From Anthoceros angustus (taxonomy: Eukaryota > Plantae > Anthocerotophyta): 64,000 nucleotides of DNA. Under the pieces are notes generated by a model. The model did not search any database, had not been told where the DNA came from, and saw only the letters and a program-made list of their open reading frames with translations. Shown piece by piece: positions 49,540 to 62,400 of the stretch. A program made the translations under genes and the position numbers. The stretch lies in NCBI GenBank assembly GCA_010909165.1, contig VJWM01000106.1, forward strand, positions 744,001 to 808,000, read 5' to 3'. How positions within the stretch are numbered: position 1 is the first letter of the stretch; every line of letters starts with the position of its first letter.

Positions 49540-51025
49540 GCTTTCCCCCTCCACGAACACACAGTTTGGCCGGTTCCTGCAGCAATTGGGCCGGCGCACC
49601 TAGGCTTGTAAACGCACAGAGCATTAGCAAAACCGCGAGGCGGATCCGCCATCAGATGCTCCCGCGCCCCGCCAGCCTTGCGCCCCTCTCAGTCCCCGCC
49701 TACCTGGACAGAAAAAACCTCCGCCCTACCCCCTCCCTAAACCTCCCTTCCGCACCACTGCTCCAGCGCCGGCCTTCTCCTCCCCTGCCTCGGTCATAGC
49801 CAAGTCAACCAATCCCCGATGTCTGCATGCGCAGCACCACCCCAGCCGCTGGCCTGCTACCGAAACCTCTTCTCTACCACCTCCATCCCCTCCCGACCGG
49901 GCCAACCCCGAAACTCCGCCCCGCCAGCCGCTGCATAGGCATAATCCTCCGCAGCTCCCCCGCTCCCTTTACCCTACCCTACCCTAGCCAAGCCCGCCCG
50001 GCATCTCCTCGACTCCGCGCCACTCCACCTAATTCCTCCGAACTGCACCCCGCCGGAGTCAGGAGCTCCGCCGGAATGCGGAAGCCGCCTCCAGGCACAG
50101 CAGCAACCGTAGCAACGGCAGCAGCAGCATTTCCAACCACAAGCTACAGGAATGCAGCCAGGCCACACAGCACAGCACAACACACCAACCTGCAAAGAAC
50201 CAGCCACTGCCGGCCGCCGCCGCCGTCCTCAATTCCCCGCACTTCCTCCGGCTGCTGCAGCGGGCGGGAGGCGAGCAAGCGCGGCAATCCCCGGCGGAAG
50301 GGGCAGGGCCTCCGGTGCGGCCCTCCTCCCAAACAGCTGCACAGCGCAGAGCGGAGCAGAAGCGAGCAGCGTGTGCAGCGGAGGAGGCAGAGATAGAGAT
50401 GGCGCCGGCAGCGCTCAAACGGAGCGAGGAAGGCGCGATGGCGGGAAGATACAGAGGAAGGCGCTCCTGCGCGAGTACCAACCCTCAAGATCGCGCTCTA
50501 GCGTGGATGCGAAAAAAAGCACAAGGGAGCAGAAGCTTTGGTGTTGTTGGCTTGGCTCGCGCCAGGGCCAGGAGGGGCCCAGTCACTGAGAGAGAAGAGA
50601 GCGACAAGCGACCAAGCCTCTACAAATCCCTCTACCATCCTATATTAGCACGCTGGATATTTTCCACTAACGCCTGGTATACCATCACCGCCCTCTCATC
50701 ACCCCGGCCCAACCCAGCCACCCAGCCGTGGTCTATCACTCATCAGCCACAGAACCAGCTCACGTACCCAGTCCAACAACGTCAGTATTGATCTCCTATT
50801 CAAACGCTCTTCCTAACAACGGTATCTTGTATATCAAATCATATAGGTACTTTAATATTTAACTTATTTTTTCTAAGAAAACAATATTTTATCATTAAAT
50901 ATACATACTGTGATTCATAATAATCTAAATTAGATATTAATCTCAGTGTGTACATAACTATAAAAAATGCTAATCTTATTATCTAGAAATATACATGTAA
51001 TACCAATCTCACCATAAAGCCGACC

Positions 51026-51049
51026 TCCGATGTACATATGTACATCGGA
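51026..51049. repeat. Perfect 24-bp palindrome TCCGATGTACATATGTACATCGGA
   Basis: The sequence equals its own reverse complement. Confidence 0.95.
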
Positions 51050-52381
51050 ACTCTTGGGTCTTGGTGTAAGATAATAAGTGCATTAAATGGTGACAAGGCC
51101 ACCCGTGTGACATCCGGCCACTTTCAATCACATTACGTATGATCGTAACTGTAATAAGTGTCAGTCTCATTATCTGAACGTATACACGTATGGCGACTCA
51201 CATGTTGAGAATCCTCATTGTTGTTTTGTTTTTTAGTGTCTTTTGTTTGTTTATGTGCTAACGACTGCCAGAGGGCATAGATTTTGTGATTGAAATGCTT
51301 GTTTGTGTGTGAAAGTGTCAACAAAGGGCGTTATAGAGTCCTAGGAAAGTTTAGACATGAGGTGTATGAGCTTGAATCTAACATATACTTAGCCTATTGT
51401 AAGGCGGAATTACGAAGCTGCCAAGAGGGCTGTAATGATATGGGCACGTGGCGGTAGGTGGAATGTGTGTCTTCATCCCTTTCTTTATCACCTTTATAAT
51501 TGCATGGGGAATTGACCTTTCTACCATTGGCTGGTAAATTAAGTACATAGTATGAAATCGACACAACATGCGCAGAGGGAAACCAGCGGGAATCTGGGCC
51601 GGGTGTAATGGTTTCCAAGATGGTTTTCTTAAGAGTTTGCTTGTTAGTGGGGACTAGGCAGTACACTGTTAACAGCGTCTGGGTAGAAAGGGGTTTCTCC
51701 AGTAACCCCTTCTTGCACATGTCTAGGGATGGACCCCTTTTTGCGCCATGCAAAATCCGAACACAAATTGGCTAGTATGTAGCAAACCCTCGTGTTTTTC
51801 CTATAACGAAGAAGCAGTTGCGGACACATAATGTGTGTTATTGAAATGTACAGCACAAATGACAGCATGAAACCATAGTCCACCTTGTGGACTTGTGTAT
51901 ATCAGGAAAAATATTACAGTTCGTGCGCAAACATGTGCGCGCCCTGCCTCTACCTGCCAATGCCTGATTTATGTTCACATTCTCAATCAGGTTACTCCTC
52001 AAACGTTTGTGTTTCTGATCTCGGGACAATAATGTCATCGTTGATAGACTGTAGGCGGGGATCGTGAACCGCAAGATTTTGATCTGTTGGGTTTGCCCTA
52101 TAAATCCGCCCATGCCAAACGCTCGTAAATCCGAATGTCCCAAGTGGGATCCTTCACCGCTGCTTGCTCATCGACTCGCTTCTTCGGTGTTTCTGATCCT
52201 TTCGTTGTTGCTTTCTCCTTTTTCTTCTGTGGTCCCTGGGATTGACTCAAATCCTGAAGATCGATGGGAGCGGAAGTGCCATGAGTTAAATGAAGAAACG
52301 ACGCTCTCGACTTGATAGACCTTCCGCCTGCTAACTCCTTTGCGAAAAAAACCGGATGCCCTCGCTTATGTGGTTTGGTTG

Positions 52382-53075
52382 TCAGTTCTTCCTCATCACT
52401 GGGGAAAACCTCATGCCTGTTATCCGTTGATCAATGAAAATGGTGCTTCTTTGCTCACAGTCGATGGCGATGCAATTGCGGCCTTCCAATAATCGCCAAT
52501 ATACCGCCGCTCCGAGCACCCATCTATTACCCACTCCCTCTCTCCGTGAAAAGGTCATAAGCGAACCATAAGCCCTATTGGTTTACGGTAAGGGTTTACA
52601 ACATGTCCATCGTTTGACACATTCAAAAGTTTCTTCACGACGGCGCTGTGTCTAATGAAAGCGGGCATGGCTCAATCTCGATGCATGTTGCACAGACCGC
52701 ATTTCATATCTTCGACGGTAGGGTGGACACCATACCCTACTGTAAAATATTCGCAATTCTCATATAGACCTTCATCTGCAATCAAATTATCTTTCTCCCA
52801 CACCATGGTATACACACCCCCGCGCACACCATTTACGCAGCGCATTCCGAACGTCCTGCATCTGATCTGGACCATGCATAAATACCACTCGAAAGGTTTT
52901 GCAGACCGTTACTGTCATGAACCCATCCATGATTTTTTCATAATCTTCGGATGTCATCTCCTGATCCCAGGATTCTGATACATTCCCTCTTGGCAAATCA
53001 ACAACCAGCAGTTTGTATTCCCGCTTTCCAAGATAGCCGGCCATTTCGCGAATATCACCGAATTACTTGGTACCG
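52382..53075 (-). CDS. Beta-class N4-cytosine/N6-adenine DNA methyltransferase-like domain (N6_N4_Mtase fold); frameshifted as assembled
   Basis: In order: K(V)IIGDIREM..YKLLVVDLPRG..WD (motif III-IV, 52999-52988), VWEKDN (52803-52786), CEYFTVGY, NPYRKPIGLMVR (motif X, from 52596), GEWVIDGCSG (motif I region, ~52533-52510), LEGRNCIAID (motif II), RI. Confidence 0.8.
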
Positions 53076-54830
53076 ACTTTTCTGTTTGCTTTTGGGACTT
53101 GGAACGTGGATAGTTTAGCATCATTGTCCTCCTCTGCTAATTCTCTCTGAAGGTCTTCCACCCTCTTCCAGTTCCTTGCTGCGTTGATATGCTCTTTGAA
53201 GCTATCTGGAATGACTTTTTCTTTGTACTCTTCTGCCTGCTTCAAAGTCTGCGAGTACCAAAAAAGCATTGTGAAATTTGACGTTGATGGGGGATGCGCA
53301 AACAAGTGCGCGCACCCTAATCCACAGTACCCGATAGCAACGAGAATAACTTACGATGTGGTCGAAAACCGGTTGAAACTTTGCGATATCATCCGCCGAG
53401 TGCCGTGGGTACTCTCTCTCAACCTCTCGCAAATGACGACACCGTAAACCCGAATGTAAAGTCGTTTGTATCACATTTAACTTTTTTGCCTTTATGATCC
53501 ACGTCTTCATGCCGCTCACGCTTAACTCTCCCTGAATTACTTTCTCCGGTCGAGAGCATAATCCGTTCGCCTCTCCGAGGCATTCTCGAACACCCGCCAT
53601 TTGCATGCATTGGCTTTACAATAAGATTCGGATCTCGCTGGTTCAGTTCGAGCCACGCTTGATTTCCTCTTTTGCTGCCTTTCCGCCTAGCTCGCCTTTC
53701 TCCCAAAGGTCGAATACTTCATCCACCCTATCCCGGACATGCGCCGGAGACTGCAATGCAGCATACGGTCAGTCTACCAACCGTGCATATCTTCACGGTC
53801 GCGGCATCCGATCACGCCGAGCATCCTGCATGATTGTATTTCCAGTCCATAGTAATGTTAACGCCATCCGCCGCAATCTTCATCTCATCATGGATGTATC
53901 GAACTTGCTCGATGAAGGACATCCGCTTTCCAAGATAGCCGCCATTTCGCGAATATCACCGATAATTACTTGGTACCGACTTTTCTGTTTGCTTTTGGGA
54001 CTTGGAACGTGGATAGTTTAGCATCATTGTCCTCCTCTGCTAATTCTCTCAAGGTCTTCCACCCTCTTCCGGTTCCTTCTTTGCGTTGATATGCTCTTTG
54101 AAGCTATCTGGAATGACTTTTCTTTGTACTCTTCCTTCAAAAGTGCGAGTACCAAAAAAGCATTGTGAAACTTGACGTTGATGGGGGATGCGCAAACAAG
54201 TGCGCGCACCCTAATCCACAGTACCCGATAGCAACGAGAATAACTTACGATGTGGTCGAAGACCGGTTGAAACTTTGCGATATCATCCGCCGTCGAGTGC
54301 CGTGGGTACTCTCTCTCAACCTCGCAAATGACGTACACCGTAAACCTGAACAGAAAGCTGTTTGTATCACATTTAACTTTTTTGCCTTTATGATCCACGT
54401 CTTCATGCCGCTCACGCTTAACTCTCCCTGAATTACTTTCTCCAGTGCTGATAGCATAATACGTTCGCCTCTCCGAGGCATTCTCGAACACCCGATTCGT
54501 CGCATGCATTGGCTTTACAATAAGATTCGGATCTCGCCCGTTCGTTCGGGCGCCACGTTTGATTTCCTCTTTGCCTTTTTGCGGTTTCCGCTCCTAGCTC
54601 GCCTTTCTCCCAAAGGTCGAATACTTCATCCACCCTATCCCGGACATGCGCCGGAGACTACAATGCTGAGCAGTTTTGGTCTACCACGCATATCTTCACA
54701 CGCGGCATCCCGATCACGCCGAGCATCCTGCATGATTGTATTTCCAGTCCATAGTAATGTTAACGCCATCCGCAATCTTCATCTCATCATGGATGTATCG
54801 AACTTGCTCGATGAAGGACATCCGCTTCAA
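53021..54830. repeat. ~900-bp tandem duplication inside the ParB/MTase gene
   Basis: CCGCTTTCCAAGATAGCC at 53021 and ~53923; junction microhomology CCGCTT also at ~54823. Confidence 0.9.
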
Positions 54831-57800
54831 ATCGGCCTTTACATTGTGATCCGTTGCCAAACATCTCATCTCGGCTTGCGTCAACCCGGCATAGATATGG
54901 GCTTCCATATATTGGTAGTGCGAATTCTCCGGGTCCTCGGCATATAGTCTCTGGAAAGCATAGAAGCTGTGATTTCCTCCTAACACTCCCATAGTGTATT
55001 GTTGTTTCTTCACTTATCCTTATCGTAGTCGTCGACTGTTGGGCACTCTCTTGGGTCTATCATACAAAGGAGGGGAAGTACTCCTTCTTGCACTGGTCCC
55101 TTTTTTATTTCTCGGAGAAGATGTTTTCCCCAAGACTCATCTACTCTTCTGATTTGAGCATCTCGGGTTAAATAATCAGCGCTTCTCAATTTGGTGATGG
55201 CAACCATGTCCGTGTGAGGGATGCATCTCTTCTTGTGTGCTGACTCCCGGATTTGGTTGAGAGGATCCTGCTCACCGCGCTCCACTCTATCTTGTCCGTC
55301 ATCAACGCTTTTGTAATCACCGCCTGCTGCGGACTATTGTCCTCGTCCATGCGTAGCCCTCTTCACGCTTTTGCCCTTGCCTTTCTTTTCACGAGTCTCG
55401 AACAATTTCAAGATCCTCCTCTGTCCTCCTTCTTGCACCGGTCCCTTTTTATTTCTCGGAGAAGATGTTTTCCCCAAGACTCATCTACTCTTGATTTGAG
55501 CATCTCGGGTTAAATAATCAGCTTCATTTGGTGATGGCAACCATGTCCGTGTGAGGGATGCATCTCTTCTTGTGTGTCGACTCCGATTTGGTTGAGAGGA
55601 TCCTCTCACTGCCTCCACTCTATCGCTGTCTGTCATCACGCTTTTGTAATCACTCGCCCGATTGCGGACTATTGTCCTCGGTATCGTAGCCCTCTTCACG
55701 CTTTTGCCCTTGCCTTTTTCACAGTAGTCTCGAACAATTTCAAGATCCTCCTCTGTCCTCGTCTTGCCTGCTCGGCCTTTCTTCCGCCTTCTTCTCTTTC
55801 GACGATATATCCCTTTGCTCTTTCGCCGGATACCGGATGTTTTCTAGACTCTTCAATATTTGTTCACCGATGGCAAAACAACTGATTTTTGGATGCATTT
55901 GAGGACCGTTTGGATAGTCCCTCACTTTGGGTCTCCTCATTCCTATTCATCTCGCTTGGGCGTTCAAACCCACGGCTTCAACATCCGCCTCCTCATCATC
56001 CCCCTCTTCGCGATCCCCACTATCTGCTTCATCCTCAAGCTCTCTATCCAGTGGCGCTTCATACCTTTCGGTATCTTGGTCCATGGAGTCTTCGTCGATA
56101 GTTCTTCCTCCATAGCAGACGGCGGCTTAGCAGATGTTGCAAATTGTGCCTTCCTTCCGCCTTCTCCACAATAGGTTGACCACCCACGCTTCCGGCCATC
56201 TTTGTCATAATTAAGCCAACTACGATCTCTTTGCGGAGAAACGCGGCACAAACGCGTCTGTGAAGAAAAACCAAGAGGATTACCATCCGCCGCAAAAATT
56301 GAACAATGGAAGACAAGCACAAGCACCGTGGCGGTGTGCGCGCACATGAGCGCGCACTTGTCGGCTCAGGCATGAGGCGCGCACGCGCACCATGGGCCTG
56401 CATGTGCCAAGGAGGGGTGCGCACGCGCGCACCAGGCGATGGCGGATGGCGGGCGCACTTGTGCGCGCCGGGAGGCGGGATGGCGGTGCGCGCACTTGTG
56501 CGCGCACCAAGCGCCCCGGGAAGGCGGGATGGCGGGTGCGCGCACTTGTGCGCGCACTTGTGCGCGCACTTGTGCGCGCGTGCGCGCACTTGTGCGCGCC
56601 GGAGGCGGGATGGCGGTGGGGGCGGGAGGTGGGGGCGGTGCGCACTTGTCGCGCCGCCGGCATGGAGGGCCTTTGGTGCACAAGAGCGTCGAGGCGGCCT
56701 ATCCTTCAAACCACTCGGTTAGAAGAAAAACCAAGAGGATTACCATCCGCCGCAAAAATTGAACAATGGAAGACAACACAAGCACCGGCCGGCGCGCACA
56801 TGAGCGCAAGATTTGTCGGCTCAGTAAGGCGCGTGGCCGCGCGCGCACATGGGCCTGCATGTGCCAAGGAGGGAGGCGGTGCGCGCGCACCATGGGCCCC
56901 GGAGGCGGGATGGCGGTGCGCGCGTGCGCGCGTGCGCGCACCGGAGGCGGGATGGCGGTGCGCGCACTTGTGCGCGCACCCGCCCATGCGGGGGTGGGGA
57001 GGCTGCGCACTTGTGCGCGCACCCAGCCAGCGGTGCGCGCGGCGCGCACCATGGGCCCCGGAGGCGGGATGGTGGGGAGGTGGGGGCGGTGCGCGCGCCC
57101 GTCACCAAGATAGGGGGCCTTTGGTGCACAAGAGCGTCGAGGCGGCCTATCCTTCAAACCACTCAGGTTAGAACTGAAAACATAGAATTAAGCTCACCTT
57201 GTCTAGTGTAAGAGCAACGTCAAGTCCTGTCCTCAGGTCCGGTGTGTTGCTGCGTCTCGCAATCAACTTGTCCGCGCTCAAGACAAGCATCCGATGACAA
57301 TTAGAAGTCTTCATGTAAAACTTCTCTTTCATAGTGCAGATCAAAAGCTTCACTCACATTTGATCGACTTGACTTCAAGCCCATAGAATGTAGCCCACCA
57401 CTATCTTCGTGTGTCTTCAACACGTCCATGTATCCATTGACCCATAACTGGATTGGATCAAAGTTGGCTGAGTGGAATCAATACCTTCTTCATGGATGCA
57501 CCATTCCTTATCAAGTAGACCTGTGAAGATGCGCATATCTCCTTCAAGGCGGTCCTTTCTCGAGGTGAAAGGGTTCTCGGCGTAGTGCGGAACAATGCCT
57601 AATTCGTCAAACAATGTCCGGGTACTATCTTGACTAACCCGGATGCTCCCTTCCCTCTTCTTCCTTTGAAGCCCCTTGGGACGCTCCACTCTTCCTTGGG
57701 AGTGCCCATGGCATGAGCCCATGTGCAACTTGGCCTTGGGTTTCACCACCTGTGCCATCACCCCCTGCCTTCCCGTTCCTCCAGCCCTTGCCTCGGCACA

Positions 57801-57878
57801 TGCATCGTTTCGCTTCGCTTGGAGGGAGGTTGAGGAGGATGGTCCACTACGTTGGCGTTTCACGGACTTTTCTCCCAC
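53076..57878 (-). CDS. N-terminal and middle part of the methyltransferase gene: upstream exon, acidic tract, ParB/Srx-like domain and helical linker; disrupted by indels and duplications as assembled
   Basis: Phase-0 splice LTLDK|GTGAGC (57197)..TTCACAG|TRLC (56257). DAQIRRVDESWGKHLLREIKKGPVQEGVLPLLCMID..MGVLGGNHSFYAFQRL..YQYMEAHIYAGLTQAEMRCLATDHN (LGGNHS at 54983-54966). The linker runs into the MTase at ~53070. Confidence 0.6.
55081..55770. repeat. ~345-bp tandem duplication
   Basis: CTCCTTCTTGCAC.GGTCCC..ATTTCTCGGAGAAGATG at ~55081 and ~55425. Confidence 0.85.
56263..57165. repeat. GC-rich minisatellite region (GTGCGCGCACTTGT units) in a putative intron, itself duplicated with a ~460-bp period
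   Basis: AAGAAAAACCAAGAGGATTACC at 56263 and 56723; arrays of GCGCGCACTTGT. Confidence 0.9.
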
Positions 57879-58129
57879 TACTTGACATATCTGGAATCAA
57901 AAACACGCAGGAATGAAAATCGGCCACATGTTAGCAACTGTCTGTAGAGAATACAATTTAAGGGGCACCAACCTGCTATTTCACAATTCTCGAGAAGGTG
58001 GGTGATGATTCTTGCAGAATCCTGCGAGAACACACGTTTCAGACCCTCTCGATGGAGAGCCTCCGCCCTGTTTCCTGCAAATCACCATAACATTTCAATT
58101 GTATTAGATTATGAACGACGGATCGTTCG

Positions 58130-59130
58130 GCATGCCCTTAGGCGCGCTTGTGGAAGCCCGAGGGCACGCCCTTCGGAGGAACATGTGGGCATGTCCGGCG
58201 CCATTGGGCGCCCTTGAGCACGACCCACGCCTGAGCACGCCTGGCGCCCGGCGCCCCACGCCATGGCGCGCCCGCTGGGCGCCAGGCACGCCATGGCCAC
58301 GCCTGCGGCGCGCCCCACCCTGGCACGCCGCGGCGCCTGTGGCCACACGCCGCCCATGGCCAGTGGGCACCCACGGGCCCTGGGCGCCATGGCGGCCCTG
58401 GGCGCCATGGCGCCCTGGGCGCCCACGGCGCCCTGGGCGCCCCACGGCGCCCTGGGCGCCACGGCGCCTGGCGCGCCACGCCTGGCGCCACGGCCAGCCC
58501 TGGGCGCCCATAGCCATGGCCCTGGCCCCGCCTTGGGCGCCCAGGCGCCTTGGCGCCATGGCAGCCCTGGGCGCGCCCATGGCACCCCTAGCCGGCGCCA
58601 TGGCGGCCCTGGGCACGCCCGGGCGCGCCGGCAGCCGCGCCATGGCGTGCCCAGGCGCCCAGGCGCCATGGCGCCCATGGCAGCCCTTGGGCGCCCAGGC
58701 GCGCCATGGCGGCCCGAGCCCGGGCGCCAGCCCCATGGCGTGCCCGAGGGCACGCCATGGGCCCATGCGCCGCGGCGCGCCATGGCCACGCCTGCATGGC
58801 AGCCCTGGCGCGCCATGGCTGGCCAGGGCGCGCCATGGCTGTGCCTTGGCGCGCTGGCACGCCTGGGCGCGCCTGGCACGCCTGGGCACGCCATGGCTGT
58901 GCCTGGGCGCCTGGGCACCCTTGGGCGCGCTGGCTGGCCTTGGGCGCGCCTCCGAGATCTGAGAGCCATGGCGCCTCCGAGATCTGTGAGGCTCACCGAG
59001 ATCTGAGGCGCCGGCTCCACTCCCCAACACCTAACTGACGCTCTCCTTGCCCGCCTCCAATCGCAAATCCCAAATCCGGATGCACGGTGATATAAGATCG
59101 AGATCTGAGAGCCATGGCGCGCCAAGGGCC
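58130..59130. repeat. Extremely GC-rich low-complexity spacer built from GGCGCC / GCCATGGC / CCCTGGGC units
   Basis: Read directly; lies between the divergent genes; GAGATCTG repeats at its right end and a telo-box AAACCCTAA at 59140-59148. Confidence 0.85.
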
Positions 59131-59430
59131 CTTTGGAGTAAACCCTAAAACGGGCTCTTCCTGCTTTTTGGGTGCACTGCTAATATGGAACCATGGTTAA
59201 TTAACTAGGCTTGAACCACTTGTTTAACCAAGGGTTAAGTAACTGGGTTTACTATACTTTGCGGCTGGGTTGCCGCTATGAGAGTTTATTTTGTGGGTCA
59301 TTATCATGTCCAACCATGAAGTCCCCTAATTTGAACGCTCGGATTACGGGGCCACTATCCTTTTCACATTCTCCTCTCATACCGTGTGGGCACCTTCATC
59401 TAGCATACAAAGAATGCAGCCCTCAAACAT

Positions 59431-62400
59431 ATGGCAAAATCGGGGGGGAAGCGGCATGGCATTCGGTTGCGGGCGACGCGGAATGTAGAAGACAGTTGTA
59501 GGAGCGGTTTCAAATCGCCTCGGGAGAGTGGGCATCGAGACATCGCGCACAGGTTCGCTGTTATGGATACGACGCCTGATGCTTCTATTCCAAAACGGGT
59601 AATGGTCATGGATACGACTCCATTAGAGAATGACGGAAGTTCTTCTTTCCCAAGGCCTAATCTTTTGATGCACCCTAACAAGGAAGTGGCTGACGTGGAT
59701 CTCGCAGAGAAGATGCTCTCGACGGCGCCGGCTATTCTACGATGCGATGACGAAGACGCTTCCATTGCTCCATCCAAGATTGCGACATCATTGACGGTGG
59801 TTTTGGAGGACTTGAGCAAACTTCAATCCCAAAGCTTTGTTTGAGACTTTCGTGCGAGCCAGCCCTCAAAAACGTCGGAATATCCCAGCAGACGGTGGAA
59901 GCGTGCGCAAAGGTTGTGTTCTACCGAGTTCGAGTGCATGGTCGTCGCATTGTTGTAGCAAAGGGTGTTTGCTGAAAGTTGGAAGGAAACATATAGAAAA
60001 CCTCAGGTATCGCTTCTTGGGAATGGGTCGAGAGCAACAGGAACTGTATTTGGAAAGTCTGCTTGAGGCAGTCCAAGTCGATCTCCACACAACAAAGGTG
60101 ATCAACTACCTTTCCGGAGACCGGAGAACGCAATGTTGTGTTCGAAGTTTTCGCAAGGTGTTCTGCATTGGATGGAGACGGTATCACGATCGTGAGCAGG
60201 TTCTCCGAACACACCATGGTCATCGAATGAAGGTCCAAGCCCGTCCAAAGCAAGACCATGTGCTAGAATGCATTGCTTGGATGGACCAATTTTTAAGGTA
60301 ATCGCGGAGCGCATGCCAAATGTTGCGGTGTTCAACCCTCCTATATCAAGGCGAGATCTTCCAAGACTACAAACGGAGGTGGCACGGGGATGTCAAACGA
60401 TCTCACTCTCATTTTGCGCATTATGGAAGATGCACTTCCCAAATGTCAAGATCCCCAAAGTGCGCCGCTTTTCCAAATGTGTGAAAGTGAAACTATCAAG
60501 ACGGCCATCGGGACATGATCGACGAGACCAAGGTAGGTCCAAGTGCGGCGCGCGCAAGTGCGCGCAAGTGCGCGCGACTTGCGCAAGTGCGCGCGCAAGT
60601 GCGCGCGCAAGTGCGCGCGCAAGTGCGCGCGCAAGTGCGCGCGCAAGTGCGCGCAAGTGCGCGCGCGCGCGCAAGTCTTGGCGCGCAAGTGCGCGCGACT
60701 TGCGCAAGTGCGCGCGCAAGTGCGCGCGCAAGCGCGCTTGATCGCCCCGCCTGCGCGACTTGTGCGCCAAGACAGCCAATGCGCGCCTCCTTGCAGTGGA
60801 GCCCTATCACACGCACTTATTCTCCGCTATGCAATATACGAATCTCACATCTTCATGGTTTCTTTGGCGTAACGCTTTGAGAGCGAATCGCGGTCGACAA
60901 GTTCGCTTAAAACAAGAGCGATCAAGCTTAGCGGCATCGGCTGAAGTGGACAACCCAAATATATTGGAATTGCTATAGATGGTATGGACGAGCAAGACCG
61001 AGCTCCGCACTTCAGGGGCCTCCAAAAGATTTCCGATGGGTTAATTCGTGTTCATGTTGTTGGTTGTTTGGTATACAATAATGTGATGAAGACGAAGGTG
61101 TATGTCAACTATCCGAACATCCGCAATGATGCCAACTCGACGATACATATTATTCAAGATATTATACTCAACTATGACGGTGTCTTGCCAAAGACCTTTA
61201 CCTTCAATTGGACAACACCGCGAGAGAACAAGAATATGCCGTTGTTTGCATATCCGAGTATGTTGGTGAAGAAGCGGGTATTCGAGAAGGTTAAAGTTGG
61301 ATTCCTTCTTGTCGGGCACACCCATGATTGATGGATCAAATGTTCTCTTGTTTTTCAAAAGTCTAAGACATAAGAAGGCAATGTCGCTACCAACTCGATG
61401 ACGCTTATTGAACAAGCGTATACCCCAAATCCAGTGAAAGTGATTACCGGTGTTATGGATTCAAGGTATGTATGGCCTTGGTATGGGCAAAAGGGGGCAC
61501 GGATGCTGCTTGGACGTTGAACAACCATAGTTATCAACATCAATTTAAAATCACGAGGAAGAACGCAGCGGGGCCATGGTTGTAGTGCTTGGCAAATATT
61601 TATCAACCACACCTCACCGGGAACCCGACGAGGGACTTGAGTTTCTTCGCCTCATCCCGAAACCCCCATCTGGGGCACCTGCAGCACTACAAGTACATGG
61701 GAAAGCTCCGGATCCCAACCCTCATAGATCATTGGATGGCATCGGAAGGCACTCAAGAGCCGATGCGAAGTACCTTACCAAAGGCCGACAAGATATGGTG
61801 GAACGGCTTTTGGGAGTCATGCGCTGATTTGTAAAAATCTCCAAAGGGGCGCCGACCATGAGCTAGAGATACCATGGCGGTACAATCGGGTAGAGGCCGA
61901 AAATAGCGATACCATCCTTGTGCGGATGTTCTGCTTCTCTCGGGTCCAGTAGCAAGGAACGTAGGGCCAAGGCAGATGTACCTTGGTAATTATATCCCGA
62001 AGGCAGCAAGGGCAAGGGAAAGTGCACGGTTCGACGGAGATGTGACTGAGATCCAGCGTGGCCATATGATTGCCGTTGCATGTGAGGCGGATGACCAAAA
62101 CAGGCCTTTTTGGGTTGCAGAGGTGGAGAACCTAGATTTCGACTGTGACGAACCGTACCTGGTCGTGCAATGGTGGGTTACGGAGAACAGTAATGCATTT
62201 GAAGGCCGATATATACCCGAAGAGATTTTGCCACAATCAGTGGACAAGAATGCTCTACGTCAAAGGCGGAAGCGTCCGAAGCATCTCGATTGCCTTGTGG
62301 TGGCGGAGACCTTTATTCTTTCATATGGGTTTGCCCTGACGCGAGAGAGCACGCTTTATGTGAGAACCCAAGAGCTCATAAAGACCAAGCTATTTGAACT

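Noticed and set aside
49827-50791. Overlapping GC-rich ORFs upstream of CCR4
   Set aside because: Composition fits a GC-rich 5'UTR/promoter; there are no recognisable domains or splice-consistent links.
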